Shown piece after piece: positions 40,351 to 49,822 of a stretch of DNA of 64,000 bases. This stretch comes from a virus (Duplodnaviria > Caudoviricetes), in the IMG/VR virus record IMGVR_UViG_3300042282_000085; one strand, 5' to 3'. Both the position numbers and the translations under genes were made by a program. Each line of letters starts with the position of its first letter. Position 1 is the first letter of the stretch. The notes beneath the pieces are model-generated. The model saw nothing but the letters and a program-made list of their open reading frames with translations. It was not told the DNA's origin and made no database searches.

Positions 40351-42768
40351 TTAGAAATTAAAGTCTAAATCGTCGGCACCGTCATCGCCGCCTGCGGTAT
40401 CCTCACCCTCACCGTCACCCTCGGCGTCATCCGCAGCTGCATCTCCTTCGTCGAGTCCACCCTCGGTATCCCCAACAGCGTCATTCCCAGTATCCATTCC
40501 AGTACCATCCGTATTCGGATCACCACCCATGTCTGTGGGCTCTGGTTCAGGCTCTGCAGTCGCCTTATCGATCTTCTCACGTACCTTCTTCTCTTCCTTA
40601 AAGGTCTTCGCCAGTATATCGCCGAGTGCTTTAACCATGAAGGTGGTGTGGTCAGTGATGCGTTTAGAGGGCTTGTTGTCCTCATCATTAAAGAACTCAT
40701 CCACTTCAACGAACAGGTTTTGACGGCGCATCCAATCCCGCTTCAGAGTACTGGCCACCGATACCCGCATTGAATCCAGCGCACGGCTATTTACATCACC
40801 GTCCAGAAGCTCAGCAATCATGTCTTCTGTAATATACGCTTCAACAACACGATCAATGGCATCTGAGTACTCCGAAAACGCCTCGAACTGACTGCCTATT
40901 TTAGCAAGGTCAGGAGAGGGGAGTGATACGTTTAAGCCTTCAATGAACTCTGCTACTACGACGTCAGTATCGCCTTTGGCTTTGACGGAGTCTCGAATCT
41001 TCGTGAGTAGCTCACCGGATGACCAGACGTAGGTTTGGATAAATCCTTTCAACTGCGTTTCGAACCAGCGCTGGTAATCCATGACCTGTTTAGCGAACAT
41101 CAGGTTACGGGACACCACGACGGTAGCCAGTTCACCTTCCATTGTACTATCTACAATCTCAGGCGGGATACCCAGTCCACTGTACTGCATCCGTCTAAGG
41201 GTTTCCGATAACTGAGAATCGGGCACAGCACGTTGACGCTCGCGGTCTTCGATCTCTGTATTCGTATTCGGAAAGGCCGCACCACCGTCCACATTGATGT
41301 CGACTGCGGCTTTCTGTAAGGAGCGTACAATATCACTGGGATTTAGTATGCCGATTGGCAGTTGGTTAACCTGAAGGTTTGCATATTGATGGATAACCGC
41401 CTCGAGTGTCGCCTGCGGGTCAGGGTCATCTTCATCTAGGGTTACGTTCAAACGGGTACGACCGACGGAGTTCTTAACGCCTGCCATAACCTCTGCAAAG
41501 AGGAGTACTGCCCGTAGACTACCAAAGACGCGGGTTTTCTCCAACAGGCTAATGCCTAAACCATATTCATCATAATTAAAGGCGAAGTAGGTCATGAGTT
41601 CTTTAGGAATGTACACAATGCGGGTACGTTTTTGTGCTAACACACGACCCAGCATCAGTCGATAGACTTCTTCAGGTCTGGAAACTTCAACTTCCTCCCC
41701 GTAGACACCGTCCTTAAGCTGATCGGTAAGCTCCTTTTCAATATAGTTAATGTACTGGTCAATGAAGGTATCCGGATCTACCTTATTACCTTTCGTCGTA
41801 CCCAGTGACAGACCTGTCGCTTGAATCAGCCCCCCTAGCGCCTGATTATTAGAAGCTTCCATAATGCGCTCACGTAGACGACTGATGCCAGACTCACTAT
41901 CACTTGTCATGGTCACCGGCATGCCGTTCTCATTAACGGCGAGGTAGTACCCTAGGTGATCCCGTGGATCGCCGGGTACGTGGACCGGGATAATGGCCTC
42001 ACTGGGAATCTTCATAACCAGCGGATTACGGGTCTCCTTCGTACCCCCCTGTTTGGGGGTAAGCTTTACAGCCGGCGCATGGCGGTAGGCTTCCATTGAT
42101 ACTTTAGAACGAATCGATTGGGTTAGCAGTTGTCGTCGAACCGTATTAAGTTTCAATGCACTGAGGTTATCGGTGATGGTAAGGTTACCAATGTCCTTGT
42201 TCGCTCTGATAATGCCCACTGATTTAAGGTGCGCGGTGTCATCCCGCACGTATTGATTAAAGGACTCCATCCCCCCGATTTTACCCTGTGCAATTAATGT
42301 CTCAAGGGTTGTTTCAGGGATTACCGCTAGGGCATAGCTACCTGTTTCAAACAGACAGTCTTCCAGTATCTTGGTCAGACGCTCTTCCAGTGGAAAGGTC
42401 GTGCGGAAGTGCTCTTCGATGTAATCCAGTACCTCACTTCGTACCTCATCATCTAGCTCTCCCTCATCAGAATGCAAGCGTAGTTGAACGGCCACCAGGT
42501 CCTTAGGGGAAAGGATTGAGGAGACCAGTATACGTTTTGCCAGTATTAGGTCTGGCAGTAGCTCCATCATGCCTCGGTTATCAGAGATGCGCTCCGTCAC
42601 CCGATCCATCAGGGCATTAAGATCACCCATCTTAGGTAAGACGTCTTGCAGTCGGCGGCGACGGTGCTCATCCTCTACAATGACCTTAGAGGAGATACTC
42701 ACTTTCCGGTCGACATCCGCCATGTCCGCCGTGGTCTTTTGACCCTGTGTTGTTACTTTCTTAACCAT
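40351..42768 (-). CDS. Portal protein (phiKZ gp129-like)
   Basis: ILVSSILSPKD, IPVHVPGDP..HLGY, LMTYFAFNY..G.GISLLE; acidic tail; synteny. Confidence 0.75.
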   Translation of the reverse strand: MVKKVTTQGQKTTADMADVDRKVSISSKVIVEDEHRRRRLQDVLPKMGDLNALMDRVTERISDNRGMMELLPDLILAKRILVSSILSPKDLVAVQLRLHSDEGELDDEVRSEVLDYIEEHFRTTFPLEERLTKILEDCLFETGSYALAVIPETTLETLIAQGKIGGMESFNQYVRDDTAHLKSVGIIRANKDIGNLTITDNLSALKLNTVRRQLLTQSIRSKVSMEAYRHAPAVKLTPKQGGTKETRNPLVMKIPSEAIIPVHVPGDPRDHLGYYLAVNENGMPVTMTSDSESGISRLRERIMEASNNQALGGLIQATGLSLGTTKGNKVDPDTFIDQYINYIEKELTDQLKDGVYGEEVEVSRPEEVYRLMLGRVLAQKRTRIVYIPKELMTYFAFNYDEYGLGISLLEKTRVFGSLRAVLLFAEVMAGVKNSVGRTRLNVTLDEDDPDPQATLEAVIHQYANLQVNQLPIGILNPSDIVRSLQKAAVDINVDGGAAFPNTNTEIEDRERQRAVPDSQLSETLRRMQYSGLGIPPEIVDSTMEGELATVVVSRNLMFAKQVMDYQRWFETQLKGFIQTYVWSSGELLTKIRDSVKAKGDTDVVVAEFIEGLNVSLPSPDLAKIGSQFEAFSEYSDAIDRVVEAYITEDMIAELLDGDVNSRALDSMRVSVASTLKRDWMRRQNLFVEVDEFFNDEDNKPSKRITDHTTFMVKALGDILAKTFKEEKKVREKIDKATAEPEPEPTDMGGDPNTDGTGMDTGNDAVGDTEGGLDEGDAAADDAEGDGEGEDTAGGDDGADDLDFNF

Positions 42769-42889
42769 GCTAGATTGCTCCTATGACTCGATGCTATACG
42801 ATTCCACCGGCGGGGCGGATCTTATAGCAAATTTAGGCCCACTTTAGTGGTTAAAGTCGGGCAACGTTATATTGAGCATCGAGGCTGTT

Positions 42890-44968
42890 ATGTACTCACC
42901 TCTATACCGACAATACCTGGACGACACCCTCGCACTCGTGCGCAGTATGGTGATTAAGTCCGAACAGACCATTGAAGCGCAGAATAAATATTTAAAGGCG
43001 CAGGGGTACGTGGTACTAGAAGACCCCCGTACGTGGAAATATTATCTAAACCTGGCAGGACGTTACCACGCATCAGACCGACCCATCGAAGTGCTCTCGT
43101 CTGATACGTATGAAACGATAGTACTGTCCCGAGATACAATAGCGAATCACCCAATCACGGCATTGGACTACGGTCCCGGAGGCAGCTTCCATACGGAGCT
43201 ACTAGAGCGGTATCCAGAGCACCGTGAATTGATTCCCCGTATACTGTCCCCAGTGGATATGGAGCAGGCGATTGAAGCCAGTGAGTTTACACTCTTATAT
43301 TGGGATGATCAGTACATCGCCGATAATGAATATGGGTTAATAGGGATAATTCAGCGATGGCTTTATAGTTACCGTGACCGCTGGCACCTGCCTTCCTTTG
43401 GGGTAAGTGACGGACTCTATCCGGCATCGGCACTGGCACTGTTGTACCATAGCCTGGTACCTACCATCATTAACTTTAGATTGGAAAATGCACGTACTGC
43501 TGAAGTCGATACATTTCATCGATGGGCCTTCTTAGGGAGCCGTTATCGATTGGACCGATATAAGCGCTATCTGGATAACCGCCAATCATTATTCCTGTAC
43601 CGCAACATCGATTACCTTAAGTTTCATGTCGGTAAAGAAGTAACCCTTGAGACCCTACTCACCCATATCACCGAGCCGGTTAACATTGACGCCCATCGAT
43701 TCGACGTCACGGTCTCAAACGAACGGTTACTGGAGACGCTGAAACCTGTCCCACGGTTACTGGATACACCGTATAAAGACGATCGTCCTAATATAGGGGT
43801 AGAGTCCAGAGCACCGATAGAATATGGCTATCAGCTAACGAAGGACCTCGCCCGTCACAACGAGGAGGATCTTTATACGGATGTAGCCCGTACAGAAGCC
43901 AGTATCCGTACGACCGCCATGCAGTCATTGCCTACGGGATTGGTGCAGATGACCTTTAACCCACCAATGAGTGATCGGTTTGCAAACCCGGAGCAGGTTC
44001 GCTTAACTCAATGGCTATACTTAGCCAGTCTGGGTCGCTACCAAACCGTACATGACCTAAACTTAGGGGAGCGTGGGAGTATTTCCGTTACGGCTAAGGA
44101 AGCGGCGATTCTCTTTTGCTATGCAGTAAGTCAGGTAAACAAAACACCACTGGATACTATTCCATCGATATGGCTAGGCTACCCACACCATGATCGTCCT
44201 CTAGGACAAGACTACGTGCAAAGTCGCTTAGAGCCAACACTGGTGGAAGAAGGGTATGTCAGTGAGCTAACCCGTGACTGGGTCAGACACCCTATCGTAC
44301 GGGATGAGCTAGGGTTTGAGGAATATGTCGATGAGGTTAAGCACCGCTTTTACCTGCATCAAGTAACCAGTCGAAAGCCTCACAACACGACGTACCGGTC
44401 ACAGTTAAAGGGTATAGTGCGGGCCCTGTATCGCCCGACTATAATCTCCTTAGCACCTGAGGATACCGACTATATTCGCTGGTTAGATGCCCTTAACTTT
44501 CCGCACCGTACCTTCCAGCCTCAGGATTACTATGCGCTTGTCTTCACCATCCTTACTGCGGTACCGGGCGTTAACCTCGATGAAGGTGGGGTTACCCGAC
44601 GCCACCGGGCGATGATTGACATAGTGCGCCTGCTATCCAGCTACAGCATTCTGTTTGTAGAAGGCGCTGGGCTTCGACCGACCATGATCTATCACTATGG
44701 TAAGGTTGAACCTATAGAGTGGGAAAACCATCTGGATAATTATTTTAAACTGGGCTTTGGGATATATGGACATGACGCGGAAACGAAGGCGCATTTACGT
44801 GCACACGGTGAGTCCGGCAATAGCCAGTTAAACCCTATTGGACCTCTTCAAACTACTTATACGCTACCCAGTGGTTTGGTATTGGGGTACCACCAACGCT
44901 ACAACTACGTAAACCATTTAGAAGCCGCTACCCTTACCAGTGGTAGTGTGACCCATATTCCGCGTTAA
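42890..44968 (+). CDS. Virion structural protein (phiKZ gp128-like)
   Basis: PRTWKYYLNLAGRYH, LFLYRNI.Y; synteny. Confidence 0.7.
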   Translation: MYSPLYRQYLDDTLALVRSMVIKSEQTIEAQNKYLKAQGYVVLEDPRTWKYYLNLAGRYHASDRPIEVLSSDTYETIVLSRDTIANHPITALDYGPGGSFHTELLERYPEHRELIPRILSPVDMEQAIEASEFTLLYWDDQYIADNEYGLIGIIQRWLYSYRDRWHLPSFGVSDGLYPASALALLYHSLVPTIINFRLENARTAEVDTFHRWAFLGSRYRLDRYKRYLDNRQSLFLYRNIDYLKFHVGKEVTLETLLTHITEPVNIDAHRFDVTVSNERLLETLKPVPRLLDTPYKDDRPNIGVESRAPIEYGYQLTKDLARHNEEDLYTDVARTEASIRTTAMQSLPTGLVQMTFNPPMSDRFANPEQVRLTQWLYLASLGRYQTVHDLNLGERGSISVTAKEAAILFCYAVSQVNKTPLDTIPSIWLGYPHHDRPLGQDYVQSRLEPTLVEEGYVSELTRDWVRHPIVRDELGFEEYVDEVKHRFYLHQVTSRKPHNTTYRSQLKGIVRALYRPTIISLAPEDTDYIRWLDALNFPHRTFQPQDYYALVFTILTAVPGVNLDEGGVTRRHRAMIDIVRLLSSYSILFVEGAGLRPTMIYHYGKVEPIEWENHLDNYFKLGFGIYGHDAETKAHLRAHGESGNSQLNPIGPLQTTYTLPSGLVLGYHQRYNYVNHLEAATLTSGSVTHIPR

Positions 44969-44979
44969 CGGAGAAGAAC

Positions 44980-45813
44980 ATGTACGAAACAACGAAAACC
45001 ATCTACCATACACACCTGGAACTCCAGCGGGCCATGCAGGAAGATTTTAACCCACTCCCTTACAGTACACTGAATGAGAAGTTCGGTGTCGCGGATGAGG
45101 AAGCGGTGCCGGCCGGACGCTACCCTGCTATGGAATATATCGCCATAGGGCGCGGTGGACACCGTGGACGCATTGCCTCAGACGGGGCTACCTTAACGGA
45201 CATCCTCCAGCACGATGTTACTGACGCCGCCCTGTTTGAGCATCTGCCCTTTGTCGTACGGCTAATCAGTGAGGACCTAACCCCCGCTGAGCGTGCAAAG
45301 TACGGTATGCGGACACTGGTAGAGCGCAATGGTAAGCAATACTTTGCTTACTATCTGAAACGGGTGAATCTTTCCCAGACGTACCCTGAACTGAAAGAGA
45401 TTACAGTGCTGGATGGCAGTGTAAGTGATCGGGAATATACGCCGACGCCTTCACAACTTACGCCCAATCCCCTGCCGCTGTCCAACACTCAGGCGAACCT
45501 AGCCTCGGGTAAACACATTTCAGTCACCTCAACCCTATCAGTGTCGCTCTCGGCAACCGACATTCAGGAAATCATGGATGCGGTGTTGGTGCTCTATGAC
45601 GATGTTGCTTACGCGACGATTTCTGAGATCGCCACGGTTACGGCGCACCGCACGCCTATTAACACCACGTTGGGGGGTGTGAATGTAACGTACGACGAGG
45701 CGATTGCGGCTCAGGTAGCAAACTTTATCCCGGCGAATATTAGCTTGCAGTTCACGACGAACGGCATCGACTCTCTCTTCTCACTTGGACACACCTCACC
45801 CTACCTTCGTTAA
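44980..45813 (+). CDS. Virion structural protein (phiKZ gp127-like)
   Basis: STLNEKF, AIGRGGH, LPFVVR..EDL, AYYLKR; synteny. Confidence 0.7.
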   Translation: MYETTKTIYHTHLELQRAMQEDFNPLPYSTLNEKFGVADEEAVPAGRYPAMEYIAIGRGGHRGRIASDGATLTDILQHDVTDAALFEHLPFVVRLISEDLTPAERAKYGMRTLVERNGKQYFAYYLKRVNLSQTYPELKEITVLDGSVSDREYTPTPSQLTPNPLPLSNTQANLASGKHISVTSTLSVSLSATDIQEIMDAVLVLYDDVAYATISEIATVTAHRTPINTTLGGVNVTYDEAIAAQVANFIPANISLQFTTNGIDSLFSLGHTSPYLR

Positions 45814-45842
45814 GAGGGCGGCGGAGGTGGTAAGGAGGTCCT

Positions 45843-46421
45843 ATGTACCCAGTGCCCTATGACGTATGTTATCGGGTACTTGCCATTGACCCCAGTACAT
45901 CCGCGACTGGGTTCTCTGTGCTTGACCATAATGTACTTACGCAGGAAACACACATCGCCTTCGCCTCAACGGTATTTAGAAAGGACTTATTGAAGCGCAA
46001 GGATTGGATTGCCACTGTACATGGTGAGCGTTCCGCAGCCGTAGCCGGATACGGAGAGGCGTTAGCTGATCTATTGCGGTACTGGTCCCCTACCCTGGTT
46101 ATTGCAGAGGCACCCTATCTGTCTCGCCTACCCGCTGCCTTTAAGGCATTGGTGGAGGTACAGACGTCATTGCGTTTAGCCGTAATGGAGTTTGACCCCA
46201 CCCTACCCTTTGAAACGGTAGACCCTGCACGGGCGAAACAAAATATTGGGGTAAGCGGGAAGTCCGGTGACAAGGAAGCCGTAGCAATTGCGGTGCGCGC
46301 TCGTCCCGGACTCTATACGGTTAACGGCGTTGACCTTAACCAGATCGATGAGCATAGCATGGACAGTATAGCTGTTGGACTATACCACATCGATACCTAC
46401 GTAAAACAGTGTCCCTGGTAA
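45843..46421 (+). CDS. ruvC: RuvC-like Holliday junction resolvase
   Basis: VLAIDP..TGF, IAEAP, KEAV, DEHSMDSIAVG. Confidence 0.85.
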   Translation: MYPVPYDVCYRVLAIDPSTSATGFSVLDHNVLTQETHIAFASTVFRKDLLKRKDWIATVHGERSAAVAGYGEALADLLRYWSPTLVIAEAPYLSRLPAAFKALVEVQTSLRLAVMEFDPTLPFETVDPARAKQNIGVSGKSGDKEAVAIAVRARPGLYTVNGVDLNQIDEHSMDSIAVGLYHIDTYVKQCPW

Positions 46422-46543
46422 CGAATACTCCCTACACCCATACGGGTGTAGGGAGTATATATGCGCTCGAATAATATACGTAGAATGGGGCATATTCACC
46501 CACTTTTACCCCAGCACTAAACCGTTTATATAGGAACGCTAAC

Positions 46544-46933
46544 ATGGGTAGCTATGCAGTATACGGGGGTACAGGTGCGGCAGCCGCGTACGTTAAAAAT
46601 AACGCCCCCGGCCCACTCACACCACCATCCACCTCAACACCTACACCGGGTCCTATTGAAGAGCCAGTCGGTACGCTAGGATCCTTTTTTGGTCCTGAGT
46701 TAGTATCCGTCGTCGATGGGCGACTATACATAGGCGATGTATCAGCACTGGACATCGGGTCTATGGTGTTGATCGTATTCTCAGTCGCCGCGACGCTATT
46801 TAAAGCGTACTACGATTATACAGACTGGCGTGAACGCCGTCTGGCCCGCTTAAGTGCCACTAAAGAGGCTAAGGAGTCTAAGCATGCGTCGTCGTCATTG
46901 GGGGGAGACCATACGCACCCTCCACCGGATTAA
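46544..46933 (+). CDS. Membrane protein (weak holin-like candidate)
   Basis: TM segment IGSMVLIVFSVAATLF followed by a basic tail. Confidence 0.5.
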   Translation: MGSYAVYGGTGAAAAYVKNNAPGPLTPPSTSTPTPGPIEEPVGTLGSFFGPELVSVVDGRLYIGDVSALDIGSMVLIVFSVAATLFKAYYDYTDWRERRLARLSATKEAKESKHASSSLGGDHTHPPPD

Positions 46934-47483
46934 TCTATCGCCCCTTGCCCGTCGGCTGGCAAGAATGAGGCGTCCTACCCGCGCAATCGTCGCTGCCCAA
47001 ATTATGCGAAACTGCCCCGCCAGTCACCCGAGTAAACCCAAGACCCTTGTACGTGCTATTGAGTCGAATACCTGTGTGCGGGCACGGTGGGCAGCCGCTA
47101 ACGCACACCTACTTACACAGGGTGATCAGTTTATTGAGGCAGCGATCCACGAATGGGTAGAGCGCCGAGGGTACGAGCGCATCTTTACGTACCTACCTGG
47201 ACTACGTAGGTGGTATTGGCGCCGACATCACACGATGGTGGATGCAAGTGCTTGTGGGTATATTAAGTATCGGATACTGAAGCGCCTCGCTAAGCGCCGC
47301 CGCAAGCTGAGACAACGATCGCCCTTTAAACGCTTCTACATGGCCGGACTTACTACCTTTTTGATTACAGGCATTGGTTTATTTTATATGGCACAGTCAC
47401 ACTTGGCTGAAGAAGAGCGCGTGGGCCTCATTGATCTGATTAAAAAGGCTGGTAAAATGTTGTACCAGACAGTATTTGGATAG
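46884..47483 (+). CDS. Arg-rich membrane-anchored protein
   Basis: AAGGAG RBS; C-terminal TM FYMAGLTTFLITGIGLFYM. Confidence 0.6.
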   Translation: MRRRHWGETIRTLHRINLSPLARRLARMRRPTRAIVAAQIMRNCPASHPSKPKTLVRAIESNTCVRARWAAANAHLLTQGDQFIEAAIHEWVERRGYERIFTYLPGLRRWYWRRHHTMVDASACGYIKYRILKRLAKRRRKLRQRSPFKRFYMAGLTTFLITGIGLFYMAQSHLAEEERVGLIDLIKKAGKMLYQTVFG

Positions 47484-47500
47484 AAAAAAAAATAGTATAA

Positions 47501-47528
47501 CCATACCCAGCCCGAAGGCTGGGTATGG
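47501..47528 (-). terminator. Intrinsic terminator, identical to 37795-37822
   Basis: Same 28-nt hairpin plus T-run. Confidence 0.8.
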
Positions 47529-47539
47529 CCACTATTACC

Positions 47540-49294
47540 TTAATTACCGCTATCGACGATATAGAAGCGATCCAGCTCCCCTACCTTACCACAGCTACGG
47601 GCACATTTCACCCATCCCCCTTCTACGTTTGTTACGTAAAAGTAAAACTCACCCTTACGCTTGTAGGTAAAGTATTGGGTGACCACATCATGGAGACTCG
47701 GCATGAGCGCTTCCGTAACCCGCCCAGTCGTGACATCAATGCCGGTATCCATGCCGTTGACATTGAAGATGTCTTCATTGACGGCCAGTGCCTCACCCTT
47801 AGTCACGCGGATCAGCGCATCACAGTCATCGCCCCCGATAGAGAGTTCGCCGACATCCAGACCTACGTCTTGACGATACGCTTTCATGAACAGGGTAATG
47901 AAGTTATCCAGATCGCCTGTGTAGTTCAGGTGACCGATGAGCTCATCGATGTCCCCTTCGAAACCATTGGTTAGGTCGATATCAATGTCCAGTCCGTATT
48001 TGAGGACATCAGTGGCAATCGTTGTCGCCAGTTGGTTGAGGGTACGGGCAATGCCGTCTAGATCTTGGCTCTTCAATACACCTCTAAGTGTTTTAAAGGC
48101 GACCACCCAGTCCGTGAACTCGTCTTCCCCGGCCTCACTGAGAGTCGCCAGGAGTTCCGTTACCTTCGCCATGTGGTCAGACTTCTCGATGCTGCAGAGA
48201 GCACCCAGTACAGTGGTTACTTCAAACGGTTGGACTGTAGGCCTGTATGCGTGCTTTACACTGGCGTGTTGTACAACAGCAATGACCCGGTCCATAGACG
48301 AGGCTTGCATGTCGTCCACTGTTACAAAGGACAGATCCCTTTCCTCAGTGGGCAGAAGGACGGTGCCCTCATCAGCCAGCTCAGCCTCACTGAGATATGC
48401 AGACTTCTCAACCAAGTGATCGCGCTTATTCATGTCCTGTGCTCCTATGGGAATAATGTAATTATACAATACCCCTTCGCTGTCGGCTAGAGGTGCCATA
48501 AAATGGCGCTTACGGTTGTAGGCTACCTTACCCGTCTGACCCCTCAGGGTAGTCGCATATAGTACCGTCTCCGTGGTGACGCGGAGTTCGTTCACTTCCT
48601 GTACGGGTACGTGAGGTGCTAACACGGCTGGGTTCGGTGCACCTGCCGTAACCAGAGGGGCGTTTGACCACTGGTCACCGGCACTAGCCTGTGGCACATT
48701 GCCTTGTTTAGCGGCACGCGCACGCTCATAGTCAGTTTGAACAGGCGCAGCTTGCCCACCCATCGGCTGAGGGGTCGGTTGTCCATAGATACCGGTATTC
48801 GGCGGCATCGCCATAGGGGCTGCCCCGCGAGGATTGTACTGGGACGGCTGAGGCGGTGCATACTGAGGCATGGGCTGCGGGTATGGGCTATAACCGCCCT
48901 GCTGACGACGTTGTTGCTCCTCCAGTGCCCGGAGGAACTCAAACGCCTCAACGTTTTCGTTGGACCGCAGATGGGTATAATACCAACGGCCGTCCTGTGC
49001 GGGCCAGGGTTGGCTATAACCAGGAATTTGTGGTAGTGTTGACATATTTGTTTCCTTTCGTTCGGTTAAAGGTTGCTTCGTTTGTGACGGAGGTGGATCG
49101 TCTTTGGAGACTCTGAACGTTCTCTCTATTTCTTTTCGTTTTAAACGACGACTGCGATAGGTATCGGCTTTAGTATGTTCCTCCATGTACTCAAAGCTAT
49201 CCACGACGTCCAGATCAGGATCGTCACTGAAGCAGTCGTCCTCAATCGGATCGTCGATTTCCACCCAGTCGTCATCGTCGTCGTAGTCGGTCAT
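47540..49294 (-). CDS. Conserved hypothetical protein with acidic and Q/P-rich disordered N-terminus
   Basis: ATGA overlap at 49291-49294; second RBS and ATG at 49045. Confidence 0.7.
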   Translation of the reverse strand: MTDYDDDDDWVEIDDPIEDDCFSDDPDLDVVDSFEYMEEHTKADTYRSRRLKRKEIERTFRVSKDDPPPSQTKQPLTERKETNMSTLPQIPGYSQPWPAQDGRWYYTHLRSNENVEAFEFLRALEEQQRRQQGGYSPYPQPMPQYAPPQPSQYNPRGAAPMAMPPNTGIYGQPTPQPMGGQAAPVQTDYERARAAKQGNVPQASAGDQWSNAPLVTAGAPNPAVLAPHVPVQEVNELRVTTETVLYATTLRGQTGKVAYNRKRHFMAPLADSEGVLYNYIIPIGAQDMNKRDHLVEKSAYLSEAELADEGTVLLPTEERDLSFVTVDDMQASSMDRVIAVVQHASVKHAYRPTVQPFEVTTVLGALCSIEKSDHMAKVTELLATLSEAGEDEFTDWVVAFKTLRGVLKSQDLDGIARTLNQLATTIATDVLKYGLDIDIDLTNGFEGDIDELIGHLNYTGDLDNFITLFMKAYRQDVGLDVGELSIGGDDCDALIRVTKGEALAVNEDIFNVNGMDTGIDVTTGRVTEALMPSLHDVVTQYFTYKRKGEFYFYVTNVEGGWVKCARSCGKVGELDRFYIVDSGN

Positions 49295-49812
49295 AGTCTG
49301 AACAATGCCTTCTGCTGTACGCGATTGTGATTATCGAGTGCCAGTCGCTGTGCTCTGGACTTCACGACGTCCAGCCCCTCTCTGATGATAGCATCGTAGA
49401 GTTGAATGCGGTGGTGTAGGTCCCGGGCCAATAACACCGCATCATCGGGCAGTGCTTTCTGGTCAAAATCCATTTTATAGTGCGACATAACCGCACAGAT
49501 GACCGCGTAGCTTAACCACTCCATGTGACGGTCCTCTAGTCCACATTCGTCATGGTAGATGTAAACATAGAGTGCTTTATACAGCCACGTAATGCACCGG
49601 TCTACCATAATGCCCTGCATGGACATATCGGTAATATAGGTTTTCAATTCCGCCTGCTTATCTTCATCTGAATCCACGGCCAATACAACCAAACTATGGA
49701 ACAGCCATTCCGTGGCCCGTACCATAGTGCGGTCAAATGGAGAGAGGGAGGTTACCTCCTCTGGCGTGGAGCGCAGAGCCAACATTCGGTAGCGCTCCGG
49801 ATCTATCCGCAT
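49291..49812 (-). CDS. Hypothetical protein
   Basis: Operon with the RNAP subunit gene. Confidence 0.65.
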   Translation of the reverse strand: MRIDPERYRMLALRSTPEEVTSLSPFDRTMVRATEWLFHSLVVLAVDSDEDKQAELKTYITDMSMQGIMVDRCITWLYKALYVYIYHDECGLEDRHMEWLSYAVICAVMSHYKMDFDQKALPDDAVLLARDLHHRIQLYDAIIREGLDVVKSRAQRLALDNHNRVQQKALFRL

Positions 49813-49822
49813 AACTAACCCC

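Noticed and set aside
40829-40836. TATATTAC inside the portal gene
   Set aside because: It lacks the AAACC extension seen at the intergenic sites; probably chance.
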